This document shows positions 27,549 through 36,551 of a stretch of 64,000 nt of DNA, piece after piece. Numbering within the stretch: the first letter of the stretch is position 1; each line of letters opens with the position of its first letter. A program made the position numbers and the translations under genes. The notes under the pieces are model-generated. The model searched no databases, was not told the DNA's origin, and saw only the letters and a list, made by a program, of their open reading frames with translations. The DNA is from Myxococcales bacterium. Lineage in GTDB: Bacteria > Myxococcota_A > Polyangia > Polyangiales > DASUME01. Location of the stretch: the NCBI GenBank assembly GCA_044507075.1, contig JBIQKA010000005.1, forward strand, positions 14,461 to 78,460. Reading direction: 5' to 3'.

Positions 27549-28565
27549 GTGCGTACCTTCCTGAATTGTTTGGTGTTTGCATGTTGCACCTGGTTCCTTG
27601 GGGGCGCCGCCAAGGCGGAGCGCAGCCACACGGTCGCGGCCGGTCAGAGCCTCACGCACATCGCCCGCAAGTACAACGTCACGGTCTGGTCGCTCGCCGC
27701 CGCGAACGCGATCAGCCCTGAGACCCCCGTCAGGACGGGCCAGGTTCTCAACATCCCGGACAAGGGGGTCGTCTACGTCAACGCGGGCCAAACCCTGTGG
27801 AGCGTGGCCCGCCGCCACAACTGCACGGTCGAAGCGCTGGCGAGCGCCAACGGTCTCACGGCGAGCTCGAACCTACGACCGGGCATGCGACTGGTGCTGC
27901 CGGGCCACAAGCCCACCGGCGGGGGGGGCGCGAAAGGCAGCCGCAACGCTGGCGGACGCTCCTGGGGCGTGCCGAAGAAGCGTGGGAGGGTGACCCTCTA
28001 TCGCGTGGCCACCAAGCAGAACATGGTGGTCACGCTCGTGGACAAGCGCGGGCGAGTCAGGGCCGACGCGGTTCAACGCCTCTCCCGCTTTCTGAAGCCG
28101 CGCGACTCCAACAAGACCAAGAAGCCCAACAAGCGCCTGCTCGCGCTCCTCGCCCAGATCTCGGATCACTTCGGCGGGCGCAAGATCCACGTGATCAGCG
28201 GCTACCGCATGGCGGGGGGGCGCACCTCCGGGGAGAGCCGTCACGTGGCGGCGGCCGCCATCGACATGCGCATCGAGGGCGTGCCGAACCGGGTGCTGCG
28301 CGACTATCTGCGTCACTTCGACGACGTGGGCGTGGGCTACTACCCGAACAGCACGTTCGTCCACTTCGACGTGCGGCCGAAGAACGCCTACTGGGTCGAT
28401 CTTTCGAGCCCGGGGCAGAAGTCTGCCTACGTGCCGCGCGATCAGCGCGAGGGGTTCGAGGGGCGGACCGCGGGGCTGGCGGCGTTGGCCAAGTCGCTCG
28501 AAGCTACGATCGAGGACATCGATCCGCACGGCGAGCCCGACGCGGTCCAAGCCGACGACGAGTGA
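27549..28565 (+). CDS. Secreted LysM-repeat / peptidase M15A (DUF882, YcbK-like) cell-wall hydrolase
   Basis: Three LysM-like repeats (HTVAAGQSLTHIARKYNVTVWSLAAANAI; YVNAGQTLWSVARRHNCTVEALASANGL). The C-terminal ISGYRMAGGRTSGESRHVAAAAIDMRIEG...NSTFVHFDVR matches DUF882/M15. I prefer GTG 27549 (MRTFLNCLVFACCTWFLGGAAKA signal peptide), because codons from 27312 to 27548 are not GC3-rich. Track start 27312 is not excluded. Confidence 0.75.
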   Translation: MRTFLNCLVFACCTWFLGGAAKAERSHTVAAGQSLTHIARKYNVTVWSLAAANAISPETPVRTGQVLNIPDKGVVYVNAGQTLWSVARRHNCTVEALASANGLTASSNLRPGMRLVLPGHKPTGGGGAKGSRNAGGRSWGVPKKRGRVTLYRVATKQNMVVTLVDKRGRVRADAVQRLSRFLKPRDSNKTKKPNKRLLALLAQISDHFGGRKIHVISGYRMAGGRTSGESRHVAAAAIDMRIEGVPNRVLRDYLRHFDDVGVGYYPNSTFVHFDVRPKNAYWVDLSSPGQKSAYVPRDQREGFEGRTAGLAALAKSLEATIEDIDPHGEPDAVQADDE

Positions 28566-28616
28566 GCGCTGCTGGCGGGCGCGAAACACCTGTGTCTTGG
28601 GAGCACCTGCGAGCCC

Positions 28617-31600
28617 CTAGAGGATCCCGAATTCGGAGAGCCGGCGATAGAAGGTGCGCCGGGGCATCCCGAGCGCGGTGGCCGCCTTCACGCGATTCCA
28701 CCCGTGGCGCTCGAGGGCGTCGAGGATGCGCTGACGCTCGCGTTGCTTGAAGCCGCGCAGATCGCTGGGGACTTGCGTGGCGACCTCCGGGGTTGTTGCG
28801 TCCACCATTGCGGTGCTCGACGCGCGTCCCTCATCGGGTAGCGCGTCCGCCGCAAAAGCGGCGCCCGCGCCCCCTTGGCCACCGGCCTGCTCGACGGCCC
28901 TGGCGCGCGAGGGCGCGGGCTGAGGAGCTTCGTTCGCGTGTGCCAAGGACAGGTCGCGAACATCGATGCTGGTGCCCTCGCACATCATGGCCGCGCTGAG
29001 CAGCATGTGCTCGAGCTGACGCACGTTTCCGGGAAAAGGCTCGCGCGAGAGCTGCTCGAAGGCCGCGCGTGTGAGGCGCCTCGCGCGGCCGCCGTGCTTG
29101 GCCGCGATGCGGGCCAGCAGGTGATCACACAGCAGGGCCAAGTCCTCGGGGCGCTCGCGCAGCGGAGGCAGACGGATCTCGACCACGCTCAGGCGGTAGA
29201 ACAGGTCCTCGCGCAAACGCTTTTCCTTCACCAGCTCGGCGAGGGGACGGTTCGCTGCCACCACCACCCGTACGTCGACGGGAAGGTCCGAATCTGCCCC
29301 CACCGGCCGGATGCACCCCTCCTGCAACACGCGCAGCAGGTCGAGCTGCATGCGCGGATGGATGTCGGCGAATTCATCGAGGAACAGCGTCCCTCCCTGC
29401 GCGAGCGTGAACAGGCCCTTCTTGTTGCGGTCCGCGCCCGTGAAGGCGCCGCGCACGTGCCCGAAGAGCTCGCTCTCCAGCAGGTGCTCCGGCAATGCGC
29501 CGCAGTTGACGGCGATGAACGGCCCCTTCTGGCGAGCACCGGCGGTGTGGATCGCCCGCGCCACGAGCTCCTTCCCCGTCCCGCTCTCCCCCTGGATTAC
29601 CACTGGGACGGCCGAATCTCGCACGCGCTCGATCAGCGCGAACACGCGCTGCATGGCCGCGCCCTGCCCCACCATGCCGTGCCACAGCGCTCCCCGCGTG
29701 AGCGCCACACGCGCGTCTTGCAGGGCGCGCTGCGCTTGCTGCAGCTCCTCGGTGCGGGCCTCGAGCAGCCGCTCGATGTCGGCCTTGGTGGCCTCGAGCT
29801 CGCGGTTTTTGGTCTCGAGGGCCGCGCGCCGGGCCTCGTTCTCCTGCCATAGTCGGGTGTTCTCGAGCGCGATGGCGGCCTGATCCGCGAACGCGAGCAG
29901 CAGATCGAGGTCCTCGTCCTGAAAGCGCCCGGCGCGCACGCGATGCTCCAGATAGAGCACGCCCTCCACCCGCTCGGGCCCCCGGATGGGCACGCAGGCC
30001 ACGGACTTCAGCGCGAGCTTGTGCACCGACATGAACTCGTTCACCCGACGGTCATCGCGCGCGTTCACGGTCACGATGGGCTCGCCGTCGATCAGCACGG
30101 CCTCCGCAATGGAGCGCGAGAAGGCCACGCTCGGATCCTGCTCGCGCCCGGCGCTCGCCCGTACGGTGTGCGGAGTCAGCTGACCTTCCCCGTCGAGCAG
30201 GAGCACGAACCCTCGCTCGGCCCCGGAGAGCTCGACCGCCGCGTCGGTGATGCGCTCGAGCAAGCGCGCCAGGTCGCGTTCGCGCGCGAGGCGCTTGATG
30301 ATCTCGAGCAGGCGCGAGAGGCGCGCGTTCAGCCCCCGCGCGCTGGCGTCGCCGCTCACCGTGGCCGAGCCGTGGGAGGTGGTGAGCGAGGCGGTCGCGG
30401 TGGCAGCTTCGAGCACCGCGCGCCGACGCGGCACCGCGCGAAAGCCGTCCCGCACCTCACGCGGCACGCGCGCGGCCTCCCGTTCGATGATCTCGGCGGC
30501 GTCCATCAAACACTTGCGGGCCAGCACCTCGGAGCCGAGCAAGCGATGAAACTGCGCCTGGGCCTCGAGCACCTGCCAACCGAGCTCTCGCTCGTGCTCC
30601 TTGAGCTCGCAGGACGAAAGGCGCTCGAGGTCGGAGAGCGCTCCTTCGAGATCGCCGTTCGCCGCCCGCGCGCGCGCGAGCAGCAGCTTGAGTCGTGTGC
30701 GCAGATCCTCGATGCCCTCTGCTTCGATCAGCGTGCGCGCGCGGGAGAGCCGCGGCGCCGAGGCGGAAGCGTCACTCACGCCCGCGCGGTCGAGCAAGCA
30801 CTCGGCGGCGTCGAGGCAAACTTCGGCGAGCTCGCGCATCCGCGCGACCTGCTCGAACAGCCTCGCGGCGGCGTCGTAGCGCGCGAGCGCCTCGTCGGTC
30901 AGCCCCTGACGCGCGGCCACGTCGCCGAGGATGTGCAGCGCGTGCGCCTGGAAGGTCTGAAGGCCCCAGCGCTCCGCATCTGAGAGCGAAGCCTCCGCGA
31001 TCGCCTGCCCCCGCTCGAAGGCACCGATATGGATGTGGAGGGTCGCGAGGTTGTTCTGCGCCAGCACCACGGTCGCGAACCGCCCTGCCCGCCGCGCGAG
31101 GCGCCCCGCCAACGCGTAGTGCTCCGCGGCCACGTCGGTCCGTCCCAGGCGAAAGCTGATCGTGCCGTAGTTCGACGCGTAGTTGCCCATGAGGCCGATG
31201 TCCCCGGCGCTGCGCGCGGCCGACAAGGCGCGCTCATAGGTGCTCGCCGCGGCCGAAAGCTCGCCCGCGCGCTCGAAGGCCATCGCTTGATAGCCGAGCA
31301 CCTGCGCGAGGTCGCGCTCACCCAGTGCGCTCGCGAGGCGCAAGGCCTCCCCGAAGCGCGCGTCCGCCAGCGCGCGCTCCCCTGCCATGCTCGCCAGCGT
31401 CGCTTCGATCGCGAGCAACTCGGGTCGCGCAGGATCATCGACCGAGGCCGCCGAGAGTCCTCTGGCCACCACGCGCGCCACTTGCTCGCGATCGCCGCGT
31501 CGCAGGTGGACGCGCGCGAGCTCACGGCAGGCAGGCGCGAAGAGCTCGCCCGAGTCGGCCTGCGAGAGCACGGACAACACCTGGGCTGCGGCGCCCAGGT

Positions 31601-33731
31601 CGCCCCGCGCCACGTGCGCGCGGCCAGCGATCAACCGAGCGCGTGTCGTAAGCTCCTTGGGAGCGCCCGGCTCGGCCAAGAGCGCCTCCGCGAGCGTCAC
31701 CGAGCCCTCCAGATCTCCCAAGCCTTCCTGCAGCTCTGCCATCGACAGGCGCAGCGAAAACCCGAGTTCTGCGGGTGCGCCCGGCAGGGCCACGCGCGCG
31801 AGCTCGAGCGCCTGCTGAAGTCCGCCGCGGCGGCGCAGCTCATCGATCGCATCTCTCACGGTCGCGTACAGGCGCGACCTGTCACCCGCAGCGTACGCGA
31901 GCTCGGCGAGCAGCACGGGTCTGAGCTCCGCGCTCGCTGGCAAGCTGAGCGCGCGCTGGGCCATCTGACTGAGCAGATCACGCGCCGCGTGCCGGAGCCA
32001 CTCCGACAGCGCGGCGTCGTTGGGGCGATAGCCCTCAGCTCCCATGCTGATCAGGCGGTGGGCGGAGAGCTCGGCACGAACGGCCGAAAGCGCGTCCCCC
32101 AACGCCGCGCGCAACATGGCCTCCGGCAACTGCGCCTGCGGGCTCGCTCGCGCTGCCACGAGCAGCGCGAGCGCGCCCTGCGCCTGCGGTGAGAGCTGCT
32201 GAAAGCGCAGTTGCAAGAGGCCACTCCCGATCTCCCCCGAGCGCAGCTGCGACACCTCCCGTGCCGTGATGTCGGGGCGCACGAATACCTGAGCGAGCGC
32301 CTCCACCAAGAGCCCCGGATTCCCATTCGCGTGGCGCACCAGCGCGTCCACCAAGAGCGCATCCGCGGTCCCCAGCACCTCCCGCACGAGCATGCCCAGG
32401 ATGTCCTCGGACAGCGCTTCGAGCGTCCACACGCGGCGTGGAGAGAGCGCGAGCAGACGCGCGTTCGTCGCTTCGCCGCAGCCCACGACCAGCGAAGGCG
32501 CTCGGTCGCCGAGCTCGTAGAGCGCGAGCGGCAAGGCCCGCGCGAACTCCGCGTCGGCCAGCTCGAGATCGTCGATCGACAACACCGCCGGCGGCTCTCC
32601 TTCGCCGGCGTCGAGCACCGAGAGCAGCCCATCCACAGGGTCGGCGAGCGACACCCCCCCTGGCTGTTGCTGCGCGCGCAGCTGCTGGAGCCCTCCGCTC
32701 GCCTCACCGCGAAAGCGCAGCTCGTAGACCTGACGGCCTTCCAACTGCGCACGCCACTTCAGCTCCCGCAGGAGCGTGCTCTTGCCCATGCCGCGGGCCC
32801 CACAGAGCGCCACCACCCCGGGCAGTCGCAGCGCCTGTTCGATCTCCTCGAGCACCTGCTCGCGCCCGCGCGGCCGCGGAGGCACGAACACGGCACTCGG
32901 CTGTTCGCTTGGGGGTGGATTGGAGCGGCGCAGCCCGCGCTCGATCATCGCGGCGAGTTCATCGGCGCTGGGCAAGCGCGCGCGACGCTCCGCCGCCAAC
33001 GCAGCGAGCGCCGCTTGCAGGAGCACGTGCCGCAGTCCGGCGCTCGGCTCGGCGTGCGGCAACATGCCGCTCAGCTTTGCTTGCAGCGCCCCGCCCCCGA
33101 GCTCTGCGAAAGGGGGCCTGCCGGTGGTCAGCGTCCAGATCGTCGCCCCCAGCGCGTACACGTCGCTCGCGATGGAGGGTTCGCTGCCCCGAAAGAGCTC
33201 GGGGGCCATGAAGAGCGGCGTACCGCTGCCGCTGAGCCGCGCATCGAGCGCGCTCCCCAGGCGCAAGGCGAGTCCGAAGTCGATCAGGTGCGGCGTCTGG
33301 TCGTGATCGATCACGATGTTTGCCGGCTTGAGATCCCCATGCACGATCCCCATGCGATGCAGGCGCGAGACCAGCTCCAGCACGCGCACGAGCTGCGCCG
33401 CGATCGCCTCGAGCTCGCGGGTGCGCGCCCAGGCATCGAGCGGCTCGCCATCGACGAACGCCCGCGTGAAGAAGGGCCCCTCGGGGACCTCCTGCCCACT
33501 CGGCATCCGCCCCAGGTCGTAGACCTGCGCGACACCGGGCAAGCTCAACGACGCGAGCACCGCAAACTCGCGCGCGAACGAGCTGCGAAACGCGGGAGCG
33601 CTCGAGTGCTCGAGCAGCTTCAGGGCGATCGGGGGCCCACCGTGAACGCGGTCCTCCACCAAGTACACGCCGCCCGCCGCACCTGCGCCGAGGCGGCGAA
33701 GAAAGCGATAGCGAAGCGGGAGCGAACGCAC
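28617..33731 (-). CDS. Multidomain regulator: Ser/Thr protein kinase - P-loop STAND/AAA_16-like NTPase - TPR array - GAF - sigma-54 AAA+ activator - Fis-type HTH
   Basis: 1704 aa, with these modules in order:
- Kinase: LGAGAAGGVYLV...IALKLL, HRMGIVHGDLKPANIVI, DFGLA.
- P-loop: LCGARGMGKSTLLREL.
- Long TPR-like region.
- GAF: LLERITDAAVELSGAERGFVLLL...GVLYLEHR.
- Sigma-54 activator: VVIQGESGTGKELVARAIH, GAFTGA, LFLDEFADI.
- C-terminal HTH: ATALGMPRRTFYRRLSEFGI.
GTG start at 33731. Confidence 0.9.
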   Translation of the reverse strand: MRSLPLRYRFLRRLGAGAAGGVYLVEDRVHGGPPIALKLLEHSSAPAFRSSFAREFAVLASLSLPGVAQVYDLGRMPSGQEVPEGPFFTRAFVDGEPLDAWARTRELEAIAAQLVRVLELVSRLHRMGIVHGDLKPANIVIDHDQTPHLIDFGLALRLGSALDARLSGSGTPLFMAPELFRGSEPSIASDVYALGATIWTLTTGRPPFAELGGGALQAKLSGMLPHAEPSAGLRHVLLQAALAALAAERRARLPSADELAAMIERGLRRSNPPPSEQPSAVFVPPRPRGREQVLEEIEQALRLPGVVALCGARGMGKSTLLRELKWRAQLEGRQVYELRFRGEASGGLQQLRAQQQPGGVSLADPVDGLLSVLDAGEGEPPAVLSIDDLELADAEFARALPLALYELGDRAPSLVVGCGEATNARLLALSPRRVWTLEALSEDILGMLVREVLGTADALLVDALVRHANGNPGLLVEALAQVFVRPDITAREVSQLRSGEIGSGLLQLRFQQLSPQAQGALALLVAARASPQAQLPEAMLRAALGDALSAVRAELSAHRLISMGAEGYRPNDAALSEWLRHAARDLLSQMAQRALSLPASAELRPVLLAELAYAAGDRSRLYATVRDAIDELRRRGGLQQALELARVALPGAPAELGFSLRLSMAELQEGLGDLEGSVTLAEALLAEPGAPKELTTRARLIAGRAHVARGDLGAAAQVLSVLSQADSGELFAPACRELARVHLRRGDREQVARVVARGLSAASVDDPARPELLAIEATLASMAGERALADARFGEALRLASALGERDLAQVLGYQAMAFERAGELSAAASTYERALSAARSAGDIGLMGNYASNYGTISFRLGRTDVAAEHYALAGRLARRAGRFATVVLAQNNLATLHIHIGAFERGQAIAEASLSDAERWGLQTFQAHALHILGDVAARQGLTDEALARYDAAARLFEQVARMRELAEVCLDAAECLLDRAGVSDASASAPRLSRARTLIEAEGIEDLRTRLKLLLARARAANGDLEGALSDLERLSSCELKEHERELGWQVLEAQAQFHRLLGSEVLARKCLMDAAEIIEREAARVPREVRDGFRAVPRRRAVLEAATATASLTTSHGSATVSGDASARGLNARLSRLLEIIKRLARERDLARLLERITDAAVELSGAERGFVLLLDGEGQLTPHTVRASAGREQDPSVAFSRSIAEAVLIDGEPIVTVNARDDRRVNEFMSVHKLALKSVACVPIRGPERVEGVLYLEHRVRAGRFQDEDLDLLLAFADQAAIALENTRLWQENEARRAALETKNRELEATKADIERLLEARTEELQQAQRALQDARVALTRGALWHGMVGQGAAMQRVFALIERVRDSAVPVVIQGESGTGKELVARAIHTAGARQKGPFIAVNCGALPEHLLESELFGHVRGAFTGADRNKKGLFTLAQGGTLFLDEFADIHPRMQLDLLRVLQEGCIRPVGADSDLPVDVRVVVAANRPLAELVKEKRLREDLFYRLSVVEIRLPPLRERPEDLALLCDHLLARIAAKHGGRARRLTRAAFEQLSREPFPGNVRQLEHMLLSAAMMCEGTSIDVRDLSLAHANEAPQPAPSRARAVEQAGGQGGAGAAFAADALPDEGRASSTAMVDATTPEVATQVPSDLRGFKQRERQRILDALERHGWNRVKAATALGMPRRTFYRRLSEFGIL

Positions 33732-33756
33732 GGCCCTACCCTAACCAGGACAGGCA

Positions 33757-33771
33757 CACCTTGGCAAGGTG
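33757..33771. promoter_or_regulatory. Perfect 7-bp inverted repeat CACCTTG-G-CAAGGTG upstream of the kinase-EBP gene
   Basis: Read directly at 33757-33771, 26-40 nt upstream of the GTG start at 33731. Its function is unknown. Confidence 0.3.
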
Positions 33772-33922
33772 ACACACTCAAGCACACAAACCATGCCGTC
33801 AGTGCCAAAATGCGCCACCGCCGATGAGACTCCGTCAGCCGCGCCCAGGCCGCGGATTCGTGTGCGGGCACGGGCACGCGTACGACCCAGAAATTGGGGG
33901 CAGCCCCTAGCGGTGGCCCAGC

Positions 33923-35134
33923 TCAACGCTTCGGTCTGGCCAGGATGATCGGCGGAGCTTCTTCCACCAACAGATCCTCCTCGAGATCCATGGGCAGCAA
34001 GAGCGCCTGGGGAGCCTCGTCGATCTCTGGCTCTTCCAGTACGGGCTCGATCTCTGGCTCCGCCCCCAGGTCCGAAAACTCGTGGAGGTAGGGGTGGGAG
34101 TGGCCGCCCACGAGAGCGTGGTGTTGCTGGGGGTGCTGCGAATGCGCCTGCACAGAATACGAGGCAGCCGCCGGTTGCGCGGAGATCGGACGATAGGAGC
34201 CGTGCCCGCGGGATGCGCGCTCGTCCTCGTGAAAGACCTGCTGGTAGTAGCGCGCCAGGGCCTGATGGTTCGGGATGACGCCGGTCGAGAGCGCGAACTC
34301 CTCGAGCGCCCGGGCGAGGTGCAGCGCGCTCGGATAGCGGCGCCCGCGATCACGCGCCAACGCCGTCAACACGATGTACTCGAGCTCGGCCGGGTACCCT
34401 GGCACCCAGTGGCTCGGCGGCAGCACGTCGCGCTCGACGATCGCAGTCATGACCTCGATCTCACCGCCGTGGAAGAGCCGCCGTCCGGTCGTGAGCTCGT
34501 AGAGCATGACCCCGACGGAAAACACATCGGAGCGCTTGTCGATGCGCTGCCCGCGCACCTGCTCGGGCGCCATGTACGCGAGCGTGCCCTTGATGGTGCC
34601 GGTCTTGGCCTCGTCGCGCGCGGTATAAGCGACGCCGAAATCCAGGAGCTTTGCGAAGCCGTCGGGCGTGATCATCACGTTGTGAGGGGTCACGTCGCGA
34701 TGCACGATCCGCATCGGACGTCCCTCGTCGTCGTTGCGCTCATGGGCGTGATGCAGCGCGTCACACAGCTGCTCGATCGCGCTCACCACGGCGTCGAACG
34801 GCATCGGGATGCCCTCACGCGCCCCCGCCGCGCAGAGCTCGGCCAACGTGAAGCCGGGCACGTGCTCGATCACCAAGTACCAGTGGCCGTCTGCATAGCC
34901 GAGGTCGTGGACTTGCGGGATGTTGGGGTGGTTGAGCGCCGACAGGACGTGCGCTTCGTCCTGAAACATGCGTACGGCTTCAGGGTGGTGCGCCAGGTGC
35001 TGAAAAAGACGCTTCACGACGACGCGACGACGGAAGCCGGCCTCGCCAGTGTATTCGGCGAGAAACACCTCACCCATGTTGCCGTTTGCGAGCTTTTTCT
35101 GCAGTCCGTACCGGCCGACTGCTTCGACCACCAT
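33923..35134 (-). CDS. Ser/Thr protein kinase with His/Pro/Glu-rich C-terminal tail
   Basis: Start set at ATG 35134 (MVVEAVGRYGLQKKLANGNMGEVFLAEY). Kinase motifs: VVVKRL, IVHRDVTPHNVMI, DFGVA, YMAPEQ. The track extension 35135-35908 overlaps the SDR gene on the other strand and is rejected. Confidence 0.85.
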   Translation of the reverse strand: MVVEAVGRYGLQKKLANGNMGEVFLAEYTGEAGFRRRVVVKRLFQHLAHHPEAVRMFQDEAHVLSALNHPNIPQVHDLGYADGHWYLVIEHVPGFTLAELCAAGAREGIPMPFDAVVSAIEQLCDALHHAHERNDDEGRPMRIVHRDVTPHNVMITPDGFAKLLDFGVAYTARDEAKTGTIKGTLAYMAPEQVRGQRIDKRSDVFSVGVMLYELTTGRRLFHGGEIEVMTAIVERDVLPPSHWVPGYPAELEYIVLTALARDRGRRYPSALHLARALEEFALSTGVIPNHQALARYYQQVFHEDERASRGHGSYRPISAQPAAASYSVQAHSQHPQQHHALVGGHSHPYLHEFSDLGAEPEIEPVLEEPEIDEAPQALLLPMDLEEDLLVEEAPPIILARPKR

Positions 35135-35290
35135 GCGGGCCAGTGTAATCGCAGCCAGCCCGCTCCGCGATAACTCCAGAGGATTGTCCGCACGAAAAGA
35201 GGACGGGCGTACACTGTGGGTTCCATGCATAACGCGGCACAGCGCGATGTGAACGGCGCGCAAGCGTGAGCTGTCAGGAGACGAGGGGCC

Positions 35291-36142
35291 GTGACGAATT
35301 GGGTGTTCACTGACAAAACGTTCCTGGTGGTCGGGGGTGGCCGAGGTATCGGTCGGGCGACAGCCCTGACCCTGGCGCGACACGGCGCGCGGGTCGTCAT
35401 CGACGACCTCGGGTGCGACGCGCATGGCGAGGGGCATGATCCAAATGTCGCCGCGGCGGTCGCCGCCGAGGTGCGCGCGCTGGGCGGCCAGGCCCTCTCG
35501 TTCGCCCACGATGCCCGCAAGCCAGAGACCCCACAGCAACTCGTCCAGGCCTGCCTCGAGAGCTTCGGCGCCGTCCATGGCGGGGTCTACTGCGCGGGCT
35601 TCACGCGGGAGCGCCCGCTGCTGCGGATGACCGACGAGGACCTCGACGCCCTGCTCGATGTTCAGCTGCGCGGCGCCTTCCGGTTCACGCGTGACCTCGG
35701 GCGTGCCCTGGTGGATCAGCGACAAGGCGGCAGCATCGTGCTTTCGGGCTCGACCGCCGCGTTCTTCGGGACCGCGGCCCAGGCGGGCGCGGCCGCGGCG
35801 GCGGGTGCGGTCGCGAGCCTGGCACGGACCGCGGCCACCGAATTGCGTCGGCAGGGGGTGCGGGTCAACTGCGTCGTGCCCACGGCCCGCACCAGGTTGA
35901 CCGAACATCTGCCGCTTTTTCGCTCAATCCGCGCGGACTCTCTGAGCGCCGAGCACGTGGCGAACGTGATCTGCCACCTCCTCTCCGAGGCTGCGCAGGA
36001 CGTGCACGGCGAGCTCATCGGCGTGGCCGGGGGGCGCACCTACGCTTTTCGCATGAGCGAAACCAGCGGGCTCTTCCGGGAGGGTCCGCCGGTGCAGTGG
36101 GAGGAGTTGGCCGCCAGTTGGCGAGAGGTTACGAGAACCTAG
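35291..36142 (+). CDS. Short-chain dehydrogenase/reductase (SDR) family oxidoreductase
   Basis: GTG start, with a Rossmann motif FLVVGGGRGIGRATALTLARHGARVVIDD. It also has the NCVVP motif and a length typical of a classical SDR. Confidence 0.85.
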   Translation: MTNWVFTDKTFLVVGGGRGIGRATALTLARHGARVVIDDLGCDAHGEGHDPNVAAAVAAEVRALGGQALSFAHDARKPETPQQLVQACLESFGAVHGGVYCAGFTRERPLLRMTDEDLDALLDVQLRGAFRFTRDLGRALVDQRQGGSIVLSGSTAAFFGTAAQAGAAAAAGAVASLARTAATELRRQGVRVNCVVPTARTRLTEHLPLFRSIRADSLSAEHVANVICHLLSEAAQDVHGELIGVAGGRTYAFRMSETSGLFREGPPVQWEELAASWREVTRT

Positions 36143-36154
36143 CCGCGGGCCTCA

Positions 36155-36173
36155 GCGCCGCCGCGGGCGGCGC
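36155..36173. terminator. GC-rich hairpin between convergent SDR gene and small ORF
   Basis: gcgccgcc (36155-36162), loop gcg, ggcggcgc (36166-36173): a perfect 8-bp stem. Only TT follows on the plus strand. It lies between the stops at 36142 (+) and 36180 (-). Confidence 0.35.
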
Positions 36174-36179
36174 TTGGCC

Positions 36180-36353
36180 TCAGCCGCCGAGCAAGTCGAT
36201 GACGACGACGCCGCGGTTTTGGTCCTCGGGCTCTTCACCGGGATCGCGAGGCTGCATGGGCGGTACCGGCAGCTCGAGGTACGGCTGCGGCGCGTTGCGG
36301 CGCTCGCGTTCTTCTCGTTGCCGAATCTGCTCAATGATGAACGGCGGTAGCAT
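36180..36353 (-). CDS. Small (57 aa) hypothetical protein, not in the ORF track
   Basis: The minus strand reads GGAG-cgagcg-ATG, then MLPPFIIEQIRQREERERRNAPQPYLELPVPPMQPRDPGEEPEDQNRGVVVIDLLGG and TGA. Codons are mostly G/C-ending. It is preceded by a near-consensus sigma-54 promoter. It is in a different frame from track ORF 36152..36463. Confidence 0.55.
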   Translation of the reverse strand: MLPPFIIEQIRQREERERRNAPQPYLELPVPPMQPRDPGEEPEDQNRGVVVIDLLGG

Positions 36354-36403
36354 CGCTCGCTCCTAACCACCCTCTCGGGGTACCTGAGCCTAAGCCTAAC
36401 TCG

Positions 36404-36419
36404 TGCAATCGGAATGCCA
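36404..36419 (-). promoter_or_regulatory. Sigma-54 (-24/-12) promoter
   Basis: The minus strand reads TGGCAT-tccga-TTGCA, against the consensus TGGCAC-N5-TTGCW. The GG-N10-GC spacing is exact. The predicted TSS is near 36393, about 40 nt upstream of the small-ORF ATG. Confidence 0.55.
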
Positions 36420-36551
36420 GGTCCAAATCGTAGTTGCTTCACTTTTGCCCGCGCATGGGCCACTCATTGAATTCTACGCTGACGCACGGAAATCAGTCTA
36501 CTCACCGACGCGATATCAACAGAAACTCACCATGGTTTCGCACCCTGTCAA

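Noticed and set aside
33791-33808. Sigma-54-like TTGGCACTGACGGCATGG on the minus strand upstream of the kinase-EBP gene
   Set aside because: The GG-to-GC spacing is two nt too short and the -12 element is not TTGC.
35135-35908. N-terminal 258 codons of track ORF 33923..35908
   Set aside because: It overlaps the SDR gene (35291..36142) on the opposite strand. The kinase subdomain I glycine loop follows ATG 35134 directly.
36152-36463. 103-aa minus-strand track ORF
   Set aside because: It is Arg/Ser-rich with no SD. It runs through the sigma-54 promoter and the GC hairpin. A different frame holds the SD-preceded 57-codon ORF, which I prefer.
36354-36551. Possible structured ncRNA (SRP, 6S or similar) in the lower-GC 200-nt intergenic region; a caggtcc string briefly suggested SRP RNA
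   Set aside because: There is no extended match to the SRP RNA conserved loop or to any other RNA family I can recall. The region is adequately explained by the sigma-54 promoter and divergent promoter functions.
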